A stretch of DNA of 64,000 bases, taken from positions 35,037 through 99,036 of the forward strand of contig CAYSWC010000001.1 in the NCBI GenBank assembly GCA_964434715.1, written 5' to 3'. Shown here one piece after another: positions 1 to 8,774 of this stretch. Position numbers and translations under genes: made by a program. This DNA comes from an uncultured Candidatus Saccharibacteria bacterium. Its GTDB lineage: Bacteria; Patescibacteriota; Minisyncoccia; UBA6257; 1-14-0-10-40-38. Positions within the stretch are counted from its first letter, which is position 1; each line of letters begins with the position of its first letter. The notes beneath the pieces are model-generated. The model was not told where the DNA came from. It ran no database searches and saw only the letters and a program-made list of their open reading frames with translations.

Positions 1-9
1 CATTTTCCA

Positions 10-969
10 TTATCTTTTTGGTTGTGGTCTGTAAATCTCCGGATCAATAGTTCGTTCAAAGCAGTGTCGGCCGGCTGGGTGACTCCAGCTTTCGGCTTGA
101 GCGCCAAATGGTCCCTCAACCGGAAAAGGAACCGCTGGTACGGCAAAACGTTCCTTGCCGCCAATCTGACTTTCTTCTGAAGACAAATTAAATTCAGCGC
201 AGAGTTCAAAAGCGAGCGCTTCGGTCGCCTGATATTCATAAGTGGCGCCGGTTTGGGGATCAAGCGGAGGCCGGAAGCCGGAAATATCATCAATCAAATC
301 ATCAAGTTTTTCCGGCAGTCTTTCTTTTTGCTGCCAGTAATTTACGATTTGCCATTGGATGGTTTGAAGATCGCCGACTTTTTGGCTGTCAAATCTTACC
401 AAACGCTGTTTGAAGGGTGAGCCGGCCACAAAAAAGCCGGCGATGATGGCTACACCAACAACCGTCGAGACTGCCCAGACAAAAATTTTGGCGCGCGGCG
501 CAAATTCATCCGGCTTTTTGCGTAGATCATAAAAGTAGTACCAAAAGACAGCGAGAGCTGTAACTAAAACCGTCAAAACTTTGAGCAAAAACCGAAGCGT
601 GAACTCGCCTTGGAGGAAATTAAAAACCAAAGCCACTAAATCGCCGATGATAAGCGCGGCCGCGGCAAAAAGCGTAAAATAAATCAGCCATTTGCGGATG
701 CGGAGTTCCGCTTTCTCCGGTGCCTTGGCAATATCGTTATTTAAAAATCGCGAGCCCCACAGGAAAACCGGAAAAATCACAATTAAAGCGGCAATCGCCC
801 AGCGCATCGAGCCGCCGGGATCATAATGAGGATTTAAAGGATCGGGGAAAGCGACATTCACGTACTCAAAAATCAGCCGGATAAAATTAAAGGCGCTGAA
901 ATAAAGCGTGATAATAGTCAAAAGATGGAGAAAGACGTCACGGGGATAAGTTTTTTGGATTTGATCCAT
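10..969 (-). CDS. DUF5671-like multi-pass membrane protein
   Basis: Several TM helices, IRKWLIYFTLF..IIGDL motif, C-terminal pilin-like segment with FELCAEF and HCF cysteines. Start moved to ATG at 969 because the upstream extension is a repeat tract. Confidence 0.75.
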   Translation of the reverse strand: MDQIQKTYPRDVFLHLLTIITLYFSAFNFIRLIFEYVNVAFPDPLNPHYDPGGSMRWAIAALIVIFPVFLWGSRFLNNDIAKAPEKAELRIRKWLIYFTLFAAAALIIGDLVALVFNFLQGEFTLRFLLKVLTVLVTALAVFWYYFYDLRKKPDEFAPRAKIFVWAVSTVVGVAIIAGFFVAGSPFKQRLVRFDSQKVGDLQTIQWQIVNYWQQKERLPEKLDDLIDDISGFRPPLDPQTGATYEYQATEALAFELCAEFNLSSEESQIGGKERFAVPAVPFPVEGPFGAQAESWSHPAGRHCFERTIDPEIYRPQPKR

Positions 970-978
970 AGATTTTTT

Positions 979-1050
979 ACGAATGGACACTAATAAGTGA
1001 CTAATGGACACGAATCACGAATCCGGATTAGTGATTTGTGTCTATTCGTT
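979..1050. repeat. Degenerate periodic inverted repeat (cacgaat/ctaat units)
   Basis: acgaat/actaat units followed by complementary attagt/atttgt/attcgt units. Confidence 0.6.
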
Positions 1051-1060
1051 CTTCTATAGT

Positions 1061-1924
1061 TTATTGATGTTCCGACTTAATTCGACCTTGTAATGTTCTT
1101 AGCTCGGCTAGCGCTCTTTGGGCCTCCTCGGCATTGGGGGGTTTGCCATGCCAGAGGTAATCGTTTTCCATAAAACTTACGCCTTTGCCGGGAATGGTGT
1201 GGGCAATGATACAGGTTGGCCGCTCGTGGATGGCAATGGCTTCATTGACGGCATCCACAAAATGGGCAATGTTGTGGCCATCAACATCTATAACGTGCCA
1301 GTTGAAAGATTCGTATTTAGCTCGCAGAGGCTCCAAGGGCATGATGTTTTCCGTATAGCCGTCAATTTGGATGTTATTTCTGTCAATCACCACTGTTAAA
1401 TTGCTCAATTTATTTTTCCCGGCAAACATTACTGCTTCCCAAGTATTGCCGGCATCATGCTCGCCGTCAGAAGTTAAACAATAGACGCGGTATTTCTTTT
1501 TATCCAATCGCGCGGCGAGCGCCACGCCAATCGCCTGCGAAATTCCAGAACCCAAGGGGCCGGAAGTGGTCTCCACCCCGGGGAGAGTAGTGCGATGCGG
1601 GTGGCCTTGAAGACGGGAATTAATTTTGCGGAGTGTTTTTAATTCCGAAATTGGGAAATAGCCCGCATGTGCCATAGTAACGTAGCGCACTGGACAGATA
1701 TGACCATTGGATAAAAGCAAGCGATCGCGATCCGGCCAGTCGGGATTCTTGGGATCATGATTTAAGATATGAAAATAAAAAGCCGTAAAAATATCAGTCA
1801 TACCCAAGGGTCCGGCCGAATGCCCGGAGCCGGCCTCAACCAGCATTGAGATAATATCTTGCCGGATTTGGTTGGCTTTTTCTTCCAAGAATTTTAGTTT
1901 TTTTTCGTGCAAGGATTCTATCAT
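1061..1924 (-). CDS. Transketolase, N-terminal (TPP-binding) subunit
   Basis: GSGH, DRDRLLLSNGH, LQGHP, TTSGPLGSG, SDGE..W and HGK motifs; 287 aa, N-half only. Confidence 0.95.
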   Translation of the reverse strand: MIESLHEKKLKFLEEKANQIRQDIISMLVEAGSGHSAGPLGMTDIFTAFYFHILNHDPKNPDWPDRDRLLLSNGHICPVRYVTMAHAGYFPISELKTLRKINSRLQGHPHRTTLPGVETTSGPLGSGISQAIGVALAARLDKKKYRVYCLTSDGEHDAGNTWEAVMFAGKNKLSNLTVVIDRNNIQIDGYTENIMPLEPLRAKYESFNWHVIDVDGHNIAHFVDAVNEAIAIHERPTCIIAHTIPGKGVSFMENDYLWHGKPPNAEEAQRALAELRTLQGRIKSEHQ

Positions 1925-1930
1925 AAAAAT

Positions 1931-2590
1931 TTATGAAGCTGCTTTTAATAATTCTTTAAAAGAAAATGCTGGGTTGCTGCTTTGAGAAATATAAGAAGTG
2001 GAAACCGCAATGTCGGCTCCGGCTTCTTTCACTTCACGAGCTACTTCCGGATTAATACCGCCGTCTACTTCTATTTTAGCATGAGGCAACTGTTCTCTCA
2101 AAAATCTAATTTTGTTAATAACATCAGCATTAAATTCCTGATCAGAGGGGCCGGCTTTAACAGCCAGAATCTGAAAGTATTCGAAATCTTTAAAAAATGG
2201 CTTAAGTTTCTCTACCGGCGTTTCCGGCTTAATAGCGATCATAACTTGAGCGCCGTATTCTTCGCATTTTGCGAGAATTAATTCTGGATCAACTATCGCT
2301 TCCTCGTGAACAATCAACCTGCTTGCTTCGGCTTTGAGCCAGTCTTCAATAATTCTTTCTGGATTTTTCACCATTAAATGAATTTCAAAATTAATCTTCC
2401 TTAAAGGCAAATGTTCAGCTAAAAAACGACCCAAGTCAGAAGGATTGCTCCAAGTGACATTTAAGGTGAAAAGTCCGTCAGTAACATCAATATGAATCCA
2501 ACCATCCAGCGGCAAAAATTCTTTAATCATAAGTATTTTCTCCTTCACGGCACCGAAATCTGCAGCATTGATACCCGGGATAACTTGCAT
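1931..2590 (-). CDS. rpe: Ribulose-phosphate 3-epimerase
   Basis: HIDVTDG, EIHLMV and IEVDGGIN motifs; pentose-phosphate context. Confidence 0.92.
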   Translation of the reverse strand: MQVIPGINAADFGAVKEKILMIKEFLPLDGWIHIDVTDGLFTLNVTWSNPSDLGRFLAEHLPLRKINFEIHLMVKNPERIIEDWLKAEASRLIVHEEAIVDPELILAKCEEYGAQVMIAIKPETPVEKLKPFFKDFEYFQILAVKAGPSDQEFNADVINKIRFLREQLPHAKIEVDGGINPEVAREVKEAGADIAVSTSYISQSSNPAFSFKELLKAAS

Positions 2591-2616
2591 ATACCCTATT
2601 ATACCACTTAAACAAC

Positions 2617-2648
2617 AAAAAAACGGCTCAAGAAAACTTCATGAGCCG
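2617..2648 (-). terminator. Probable intrinsic terminator after rpiB
   Basis: cggctca...tgagccg stem with an A-run on the + strand (U-tract on -). Confidence 0.55.
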
Positions 2649-2659
2649 CAGTTGCTCTA

Positions 2660-3124
2660 TCAGAATTTTTCAATCCTCCTCTGATGACGTTCTTCTCTTG
2701 AAAAAGGAGTTTTAAGCCACAGATCTACTGCCTCTAATGCCTCTTTCTCCGCAAGAAAGCGCGCCCCCAAAGATAAAACATTGGCATCATTATGCTCTCT
2801 CGAAAGTTTTAGAATCTCCTCGCCCCTGCCCGCCGAAGCCTTGGCGGAGGCGGGGCCGTAGTAAACCGCCGCCCGCACACCTTTGTAGCGATTAGCCACC
2901 ATTGCCTCGCCTTGACCAGAACCGCCAAGAACAATTCCTCGGCTATGTTCGGGATCGTTCGCTACGGCCTCGGCGGCTTTGCGAACAAAATCCGGATAAT
3001 CATCGTCCGGATCAAGTTTATGGGCCCCGAAATCTTTAACTTCGTAGCCGGAATCAATAAGAAATTTTTTAATTTTTCCCTTGAGTTCGAAACCGGCGTG
3101 GTCAGTAGCGAGGTAGATGATCAT
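2660..3124 (-). CDS. rpiB: Ribose-5-phosphate isomerase B
   Basis: DHAGF, DDYPD, GGSGQG, SREHNDAN and ERHQRRI motifs; start at MIIYLATDH (3124); carries an in-frame GPASAKASAGRG insert. Confidence 0.95.
   Translation of the reverse strand: MIIYLATDHAGFELKGKIKKFLIDSGYEVKDFGAHKLDPDDDYPDFVRKAAEAVANDPEHSRGIVLGGSGQGEAMVANRYKGVRAAVYYGPASAKASAGRGEEILKLSREHNDANVLSLGARFLAEKEALEAVDLWLKTPFSREERHQRRIEKF
2823..2856. repeat. GC-rich palindromic element inserted in frame in rpiB
   Basis: cctgcccgccgaagccttggcggaggcggg hairpin, encoding PASAKASAGR. Confidence 0.7.
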
Positions 3125-3139
3125 ATATATTTTTTCGCA

Positions 3140-3175
3140 CAACATTCTAACATTCTCAAGAATGTTAGAATGTTG
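3140..3175. repeat. Perfect 17-bp inverted repeat
   Basis: caacattctaacattct-ca-agaatgttagaatgttg. Confidence 0.9.
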
Positions 3176-3290
3176 TTGGGTTTAATTCTTTTAAAATTTC
3201 TTTTTCCAGTTTTCTCATAGCGCGAGTGTCGTTCTTTTTCCATTTTTTGTGCGGTTTGCATAAGCCACAGGTTGAATTTCGTTTTTTCAT
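3165..3290 (-). CDS. Small basic CxxC protein, 41 aa (not in ORF track)
   Basis: Manual translation MKKRNSTCGLCKPHKKWKKNDTRAMRKLEKEILKELNPTTF*; ATG 3 nt after the toxin stop. Confidence 0.55.
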   Translation of the reverse strand: MKKRNSTCGLCKPHKKWKKNDTRAMRKLEKEILKELNPTTF

Positions 3291-3293
3291 AAT

Positions 3294-3551
3294 CTAATAA
3301 GTTTTGCTAGTTCGCCGTTCAACTCTAAAAACATTAATTAGCCGCTTAGGCGGATAGATTTCATAAAAAATGCGATAAGAGCCCACTCGTCGACGCCATA
3401 CGAATTCTTCACCTTCCATCTTTTCGATATCGCCTTCGTAAGGATTAATTTCTAATTCCTTCAGTACTTCGAAGATTCGATTTCTATCTGGTTTCGGAAA
3501 TTTTCTTAATTCTTTTTTAACACGCTCAGCGACTAGTACGAGCCAGTTCAT
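3294..3551 (-). CDS. RelE/ParE-family type II toxin
   Basis: 85 aa basic protein with WRRRVGSYRIFY motif; overlaps the upstream small ORF. Confidence 0.9.
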   Translation of the reverse strand: MNWLVLVAERVKKELRKFPKPDRNRIFEVLKELEINPYEGDIEKMEGEEFVWRRRVGSYRIFYEIYPPKRLINVFRVERRTSKTY

Positions 3552-3750
3552 GTCTTAACTCTTTGAGAGTAAAAAAGTCTCCGTGCGCTAATTGTCTTCT
3601 GGACTCCATTAAGGCCTTTTTTTGTACTACAGTCGGTTTAAAGGTTTTTACTTTTCTTCTACCATACAAAAGCGCCTCGTATTCTTCTCGAGGTATGAGT
3701 ATTAAATCTCCTTTTTTGGCTAATTCTTTTGGAATAGTAACTGTTGGCAT
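3526..3750 (-). CDS. Putative antitoxin
   Basis: 74 aa directly upstream of and overlapping the toxin; LILIPREEYEAL segment. Confidence 0.75.
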   Translation of the reverse strand: MPTVTIPKELAKKGDLILIPREEYEALLYGRRKVKTFKPTVVQKKALMESRRQLAHGDFFTLKELRHELARTSR

Positions 3751-3775
3751 ATAATCTAGTTTAACATTATTTTAA

Positions 3776-3868
3776 TCAACAAATCAAGTTGGGCAATATG
3801 ATAAGAAATTTTTTAATTTTTTCTTTAAGCTCGAAGCCGGCGTGATCCGCGGCTAAATAAATGACCAT
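3776..3868 (-). pseudogene. rpiB: Truncated duplicate of the rpiB 5' end
   Basis: Translates MVIYLAADHAGFELKEKIKKFLIILPNLIC*, against intact MIIYLATDHAGFELKGKIKKFLIDSG. Confidence 0.9.
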
Positions 3869-3870
3869 AG

Positions 3871-4887
3871 TTAAACCAAGGCGGCTACATTAAGGACGTG
3901 TTTCACCAGTGTTGCTGCGTAGCCATACTCGTTGTCATACCACGAAAGAATTTTTACCAAATCGCCGTCAATGACTTTGGTAAACTGGAGGTCAACAATG
4001 GCGCCGTAGGGCTCGCCTAAAATATCCGAAGAAACCAGTTGTTCATCGCTTACTTTAAGTATTCCCTGCCAGCGCGGTTCGGCAGCGGCTTGGCGGAAGA
4101 TGTCATTAACCTCTTCCACTGTGGTTTTGCGCTTGGTCACAAAAGTAATATCAGCAATTGAACCGCTCACCACCGGCACCCTCATCGCAATGCCGTCAAA
4201 TTTGCTCTCCAGTTCTTTAATTACGCGCGTGATTGCGATGGCGGCGCCGGTAAAAGAAGGCACAATATTCTGGGCCGCCGCCCGACCGCGCCGAAAATCT
4301 TTGCCTTTGGTGGGCCCGTCAACGATATTTTGAGTGGCGGTGTAACCGTGAACCGTATTTAAGATGGCTTTTTTCACGCCCACGGTCTCGTGCATCACTT
4401 GAATCACCGGCGAGGCGGCATTGGTGGTGCAGGAAGCATTGGAACTTAAAGCAACGGTTTCAAGTTCGCCGTGATTGATGCCCATTAAGACGGTTTTGCC
4501 CTCCGTACCGTCCGGGTCTTTGGCTGGAGCCGTGATAATCACGCGCTTAGCGCCGGCTTCTAAATGCATTTTCGCTTTCTCGTATGATTCAAAAACGCCG
4601 GTTGATTCAACGACTATATCAATACCTAATTTCCCCCACGGCAATTGCGTCGGGTCTTTGATTTGAAAGAATTGAACGACTTTGCCGTCAACAACTAAAT
4701 GACCATTCTTAACTTGAACGTCTCTATTAAATCGGCCGTAAACCGTGTCGTATTTAAGCAAGTAAGCGAGATTTTCTTGATCTCCCAAGTCGTTCACGGC
4801 GACAATATCTAAATCTTTTTGGTCTAAGGCCTGACGAAAAAATATCCGTCCAATTCTTCCGAAGCCATTAATTGCGATTCTTGCCAT
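3871..4887 (-). CDS. gap: Glyceraldehyde-3-phosphate dehydrogenase type I
   Basis: INGFGRIGR, SNASCTTN and SWYDNEYGY motifs. Confidence 0.97.
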   Translation of the reverse strand: MARIAINGFGRIGRIFFRQALDQKDLDIVAVNDLGDQENLAYLLKYDTVYGRFNRDVQVKNGHLVVDGKVVQFFQIKDPTQLPWGKLGIDIVVESTGVFESYEKAKMHLEAGAKRVIITAPAKDPDGTEGKTVLMGINHGELETVALSSNASCTTNAASPVIQVMHETVGVKKAILNTVHGYTATQNIVDGPTKGKDFRRGRAAAQNIVPSFTGAAIAITRVIKELESKFDGIAMRVPVVSGSIADITFVTKRKTTVEEVNDIFRQAAAEPRWQGILKVSDEQLVSSDILGEPYGAIVDLQFTKVIDGDLVKILSWYDNEYGYAATLVKHVLNVAALV

Positions 4888-5284
4888 AAATTTTTTTAAC
4901 TACTAGCTCTACTTGAGCGACTCTTTGCTTAAGCTCGGCGAGTTCTTCAAGATCCGCCTTTCTGCCCAAACGGTTGGTTAAATCTTGGATTGCGTCATCA
5001 ATGCGGACTAAATATTCTCTGATTACCTTAAAATTGTTCTCCGTTCTGGTTGCGAAAATCACCAATCTCCCATCGAGATCGGCCAAATCCTGGGTGAGGG
5101 TTTTAAAATTCAAACGGGTCTCTGTCCTGAATTCGCCAGAATTATTTGCCAAATCATCAATCTTCTTATCAAGAACTACGTGGCCTTCTAAAACCAGTTC
5201 AAATTTCTTGTCAATCTGTTCAAGGAGAACGTTAGCTCTGGAACTATCCGGTGCTGTTTTAGTAAATTTAGCTTTCTTGGTCAT
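4868..5284 (-). CDS. Hypothetical coiled-coil protein
   Basis: 138 aa heptad-rich ORF overlapping the gap start. Confidence 0.65.
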   Translation of the reverse strand: MTKKAKFTKTAPDSSRANVLLEQIDKKFELVLEGHVVLDKKIDDLANNSGEFRTETRLNFKTLTQDLADLDGRLVIFATRTENNFKVIREYLVRIDDAIQDLTNRLGRKADLEELAELKQRVAQVELVVKKIYGKNRN

Positions 5285-5292
5285 ATCTTAAA

Positions 5293-6456
5293 TTATACAC
5301 CAGCACGGCCGTGGTTCAAACTCAAGAAAACCACAAGTCCAACAGTCATCATAATAGCGCCGTAAAGAAAAGCGTAAATGGCGCCGAAAGAAGTCCAAAT
5401 ATAGCCGCCGGTAAGGCCAGCCAAAAACGAGGCTATGCCGATAGTCGCGCCTAAAAAGCCCTCGCCGCTTGCTAAAAGCCGCGACTCAACCAGTTTGCTC
5501 GCAATGGTACGGCCAATGCCGTCAGTCATAGCCGAGTACAAACCGAAAATGATAAACCCGAAAGCGATGCCGGTAAAGCTTTCCACCCGGCTTAAAACTA
5601 AATAAGAAATAATAGCGGCGATAAAGCCGCCAGCCATCACCTTGCGGCTGCCGATTTTATCGGATAGCCGGCCAAAAGGAATAGCCAGCAAGGCAAAGGA
5701 GAGGCTGTAGATTAAATACATAAGCGGGATGCCGATGCCGGTAGTATGCGTATCTTGCGCTTTAAGAAGTATTAAAGGAATAGGCATGGCGCCCAAACCA
5801 AAAAGAAAGACTGAAAGCAGGAGAATCTTAAATTTTTTAGGAAATGCTTTAAGCGAAAAACTTAAACGCGGCGGATTTAAAGGATTGGGCGGCGGCGCGC
5901 TTTTTGGTTCACGCACGAAAATAAAAAGCACCAGCACTAAAATTCCAATTAAAAACCCGATTAAAAAAAGATTTTGATAATTGTAAGCGAGAATCGGCAA
6001 AAGGATGACGGCTAAAAGCGGCCCCAAAATGCCGCCCACTTGATCCAAGGTCCGCAAATAACCAAAAGAGCCGCCGACTGCCGGTTTTTCGACTGATTCT
6101 ACGAGCAGGGCGTCGCGCGGAGATTCGCGCACGCCTTTGCCAACTCTGTCCAGCACGCGAATTCCGAAAACTTGCCAATAATTGGTCACAAAAACTAATC
6201 CTAAACGGGTAAGCAGTGAAAGGCCGTAACCGAAAACCGTAATATTCTTGCGCCGGCGAATACGATCTGAAAACCAGCCAGAGATAATTTTTAAAAAACT
6301 GGCGACGGCATCGGCAACGCCCTCAATCAAGCCCAAAACAATCGGCGGCGCGCCCAAAACGCCAACCAAAAAAGCGGGCATGACCGCGTAAATCATCTCG
6401 GCCGAAAAATCATTGAAAAGACTGACAAGGCCGAGCAAGATGACATTTTGCTTCAT
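5293..6456 (-). CDS. MFS transporter
   Basis: About 12 TM segments; GWFSDRIRRRK and GRLSDKIGSR motifs. Confidence 0.92.
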   Translation of the reverse strand: MKQNVILLGLVSLFNDFSAEMIYAVMPAFLVGVLGAPPIVLGLIEGVADAVASFLKIISGWFSDRIRRRKNITVFGYGLSLLTRLGLVFVTNYWQVFGIRVLDRVGKGVRESPRDALLVESVEKPAVGGSFGYLRTLDQVGGILGPLLAVILLPILAYNYQNLFLIGFLIGILVLVLFIFVREPKSAPPPNPLNPPRLSFSLKAFPKKFKILLLSVFLFGLGAMPIPLILLKAQDTHTTGIGIPLMYLIYSLSFALLAIPFGRLSDKIGSRKVMAGGFIAAIISYLVLSRVESFTGIAFGFIIFGLYSAMTDGIGRTIASKLVESRLLASGEGFLGATIGIASFLAGLTGGYIWTSFGAIYAFLYGAIMMTVGLVVFLSLNHGRAGV

Positions 6457-6457
6457 A

Positions 6458-6925
6458 TCAGGGGATTAAAAATTGAGCCATATCGCCGGCTTTGATTCCC
6501 AGGGCTTGGACCATGCCGGCCTTGACTTCCAAAACCCGATCCACTGGAGCGGGCGGGTAATAGATTTGGGGCGAGGAGGAATTATCCGGCGGCAGGTTTT
6601 CCGCAAAGCCAATAATCTCTTCGCCGCGAATCCAAATTATGTCAATAGAAAAAAACATGCCCTTCATCCAAAAGCCATAGCGATCCGGAGTGTCAAAAAC
6701 AAAATACATACCCTCATCGTCCTTTAATCCGGCGCGGCCAGCTAAACCCTGTAAGCGTGTCGCTTCAGTCACGGCCACTTCAACAAAAAAGATGTGCTCG
6801 CCCACGAGCACCCGCGGCGATTCAAGAATTCTTTTATCTACATCTTGATTGACTTCTGTCCCCTGCCAAAAAATCAGAGCTAAAGCTATTACAATGGTTA
6901 TTGCGAAAAAAAGTTTTTTAAGCAT
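6458..6925 (-). CDS. DUF192 protein
   Basis: GLAGR, GMYFVF, FWMKGM..SIDIIWI and VLEVKAG motifs; N-terminal anchor. Confidence 0.9.
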   Translation of the reverse strand: MLKKLFFAITIVIALALIFWQGTEVNQDVDKRILESPRVLVGEHIFFVEVAVTEATRLQGLAGRAGLKDDEGMYFVFDTPDRYGFWMKGMFFSIDIIWIRGEEIIGFAENLPPDNSSSPQIYYPPAPVDRVLEVKAGMVQALGIKAGDMAQFLIP

Positions 6926-6928
6926 ATC

Positions 6929-7399
6929 TCAATACGTCAAATGAAACACCGCTATCCCAAACGCGACAGCGACATTCAGCGACTCTTTCCTGCCACGCAT
7001 CGGTATTTCTAAAATTTTATCAGCTTTCGCCAGAATTGTCTTGGGGAGACCCCGAACTTCGTTACCGACAATTAAACACAATCTAGAATCTAGAATATAG
7101 AATCTAGAAAGTTTATAGTACGGGATTGATTTTTTTGATTGTTCTATGGCGAAGATTTTGCAGCCATCACTTTTGAGCTTATCAATTAATTTTGATACGG
7201 AGCCAATTTTCTCCCACGGCACATAACGCTCGGCGCCGAGCGCAACCTTGGCTAACTGCGGATGAACTTTGCCAAAGCTATCCACCGGAGCCGGCGTAAT
7301 GCCGCAGAGGTAAAGTTTTTCAATGCCAGCGGCATCAGCTGTCCGGAAAATTGAACCAACGTTATGCAAACTGCGAATATTATACAAGATTGCAATCAT
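6929..7399 (-). CDS. TrmH/SpoU-family RNA methyltransferase
   Basis: NVGSIFRTADA, GNEVRGL and IPMRGRKESLNV motifs. Confidence 0.92.
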   Translation of the reverse strand: MIAILYNIRSLHNVGSIFRTADAAGIEKLYLCGITPAPVDSFGKVHPQLAKVALGAERYVPWEKIGSVSKLIDKLKSDGCKIFAIEQSKKSIPYYKLSRFYILDSRLCLIVGNEVRGLPKTILAKADKILEIPMRGRKESLNVAVAFGIAVFHLTY

Positions 7400-7453
7400 T
7401 TTTATATTTCTATATTATAGCAGGCAGTTCGTTGATTCTAAGGAGAAACGCGA
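7390..7453 (+). promoter_or_regulatory. Sigma70-type promoter, degenerate boxA-like motif and SD (solo unit A)
   Basis: TTGCAA 7390-95, 17 nt, TATTAT 7413-18; GTTCGTTGA 7427-35; AAGGAG 7440-45. Confidence 0.6.
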
Positions 7454-8095
7454 GTGCCCTTAAAACTTGGCTTCATTGACTGGAACGGAACACTGATTGA
7501 TGACTTTTGGCTGATCTATGAGGCTACAGCAGAGCCATTTAGGACTTTTGGCCTTGAACCTCCACCGCCCGAGGTCTACCGGGAAGAAATTGAATCCAAC
7601 CGCCCCAAATTCTATCAAGACTACGGCATGCCCGCTCATAGACTTGAAGAGGCAAGAGCAATCAAACGCAGGGTGATTATGGCGCGGTGGCCGGAAACCA
7701 AACTCCGCGACGATGCCGTAGAGACGTTTAGAGCCTGCCGCGATCTCGGTCTTAAGCTCGCCATAGTGAGCGGCGAAGACCCGACGATTCTTTACCAGCA
7801 GCTCAATCGCTTCGGCATCCGGCGTTTCTTTGACTATGTAAGGGGCGGCGCCTGGCCCAAAGAAAGAGCATTTATTGAAGCCATAACGCTCTTCGGCTTG
7901 CGTCCGGAAGAAGCTTTCGCGGTTGAGGATTTGGGAGTAGCTATAGAGATGGCGAAACTGGTTGATCTCACTACCTTTGGCTTGGTTAATGGCCATTCAA
8001 CTCGCGCGCGTATCACTGCCGCTGAACCCAACTTCGTCATAGAAACGCTCTCCGAAATACCTCCGATCGTCGCCCGAATCAATCAGGGGCGATAA
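7454..8095 (+). CDS. HAD-family phosphatase (phosphoglycolate-phosphatase-like)
   Basis: DWNGTLIDD motif I, IVS motif II, K motif III, VED motif IV; GTG start. Confidence 0.88.
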   Translation: MPLKLGFIDWNGTLIDDFWLIYEATAEPFRTFGLEPPPPEVYREEIESNRPKFYQDYGMPAHRLEEARAIKRRVIMARWPETKLRDDAVETFRACRDLGLKLAIVSGEDPTILYQQLNRFGIRRFFDYVRGGAWPKERAFIEAITLFGLRPEEAFAVEDLGVAIEMAKLVDLTTFGLVNGHSTRARITAAEPNFVIETLSEIPPIVARINQGR

Positions 8096-8107
8096 CCGTC
8101 TTCTCTC

Positions 8108-8133
8108 AAGGCCGTGTAAAACGGCCTTTTTTT
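8108..8133 (+). terminator. Intrinsic terminator
   Basis: aaggccgt-gtaaa-acggcctt followed by a T-run. Confidence 0.85.
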
Positions 8134-8149
8134 CTGGTATAATTAGCTT

Positions 8150-8563
8150 ATGCTTAAACTCTTAAAATTTTTATTTTCTCTAATACTGATTGCGGTTATC
8201 GCCGTTATTGTGGTTTATTTTCTGCCGGGGACGACTAAAGAGAAAATCCTTACACGGGCAACGGGCATAATACCGGAAGAAATAAGAGAAAAAGTAAAAG
8301 AAAAAACTGAAGAACTGATTTTAACGCCGCCGGAGCAGAGAGAGAAACTCATTGCCCAACTGGAGGATAAAATCACGCGCCTGCGTGAGACCTCGCCTAC
8401 TCCCGCGGTTCACACAATAATTCAAGAAACCGAAAGCGTGATTGCCAAACTTAAAGAAAAAAATGACGACGCCTCTTTAACCAGCATCGTCACTCAAAAA
8501 ATCGTAGAACAGTTCATTGGCGAAGAAAAACAAACCTCCGAAGAAACTCGGTGCCTAAATTAA
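8150..8563 (+). CDS. Hypothetical membrane-anchored helical protein
   Basis: N-terminal TM helix; TGGTATAAT 6 nt before the ATG. Confidence 0.7.
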   Translation: MLKLLKFLFSLILIAVIAVIVVYFLPGTTKEKILTRATGIIPEEIREKVKEKTEELILTPPEQREKLIAQLEDKITRLRETSPTPAVHTIIQETESVIAKLKEKNDDASLTSIVTQKIVEQFIGEEKQTSEETRCLN

Positions 8564-8569
8564 AATGTT

Positions 8570-8601
8570 GACATTATAAATGATTAATCATTTATAGTGT
8601 C
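8570..8601. promoter_or_regulatory. 32-bp near-perfect AT-rich dyad
   Basis: gacattataaatgatt|aatcatttatagtgtc, one mismatch. Confidence 0.55.
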
Positions 8602-8627
8602 GACAATTGGGGGTTACAATAGTCTGG

Positions 8628-8774
8628 GGAAAACTTTTCTTTTCCTCGAAACCTCCGCAGCCGCGAGAGCATGGTCCGCCGTTACACTGCGGAGCAGCCG
8701 GCGGTCGAGCGGCGAGGACAAGCGAGCGAGTCGCTGGACGAGCGAAGCGGGTTGAGAGAAAAGAAAAGTTTTCC
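8628..8774. repeat. MITE-like element with 17-bp terminal inverted repeats
   Basis: ggaaaacttttcttttc 8628-44 and gaaaagaaaagttttcc 8758-74; GC-rich non-coding interior. Confidence 0.65.

Noticed and set aside
970-3145. N-terminal extensions in the ORF track for the DUF5671-like gene (to 1011) and rpiB (to 3145)
   Set aside because: The extensions begin in intergenic repeats; family-like sequence starts at 969 and 3124.
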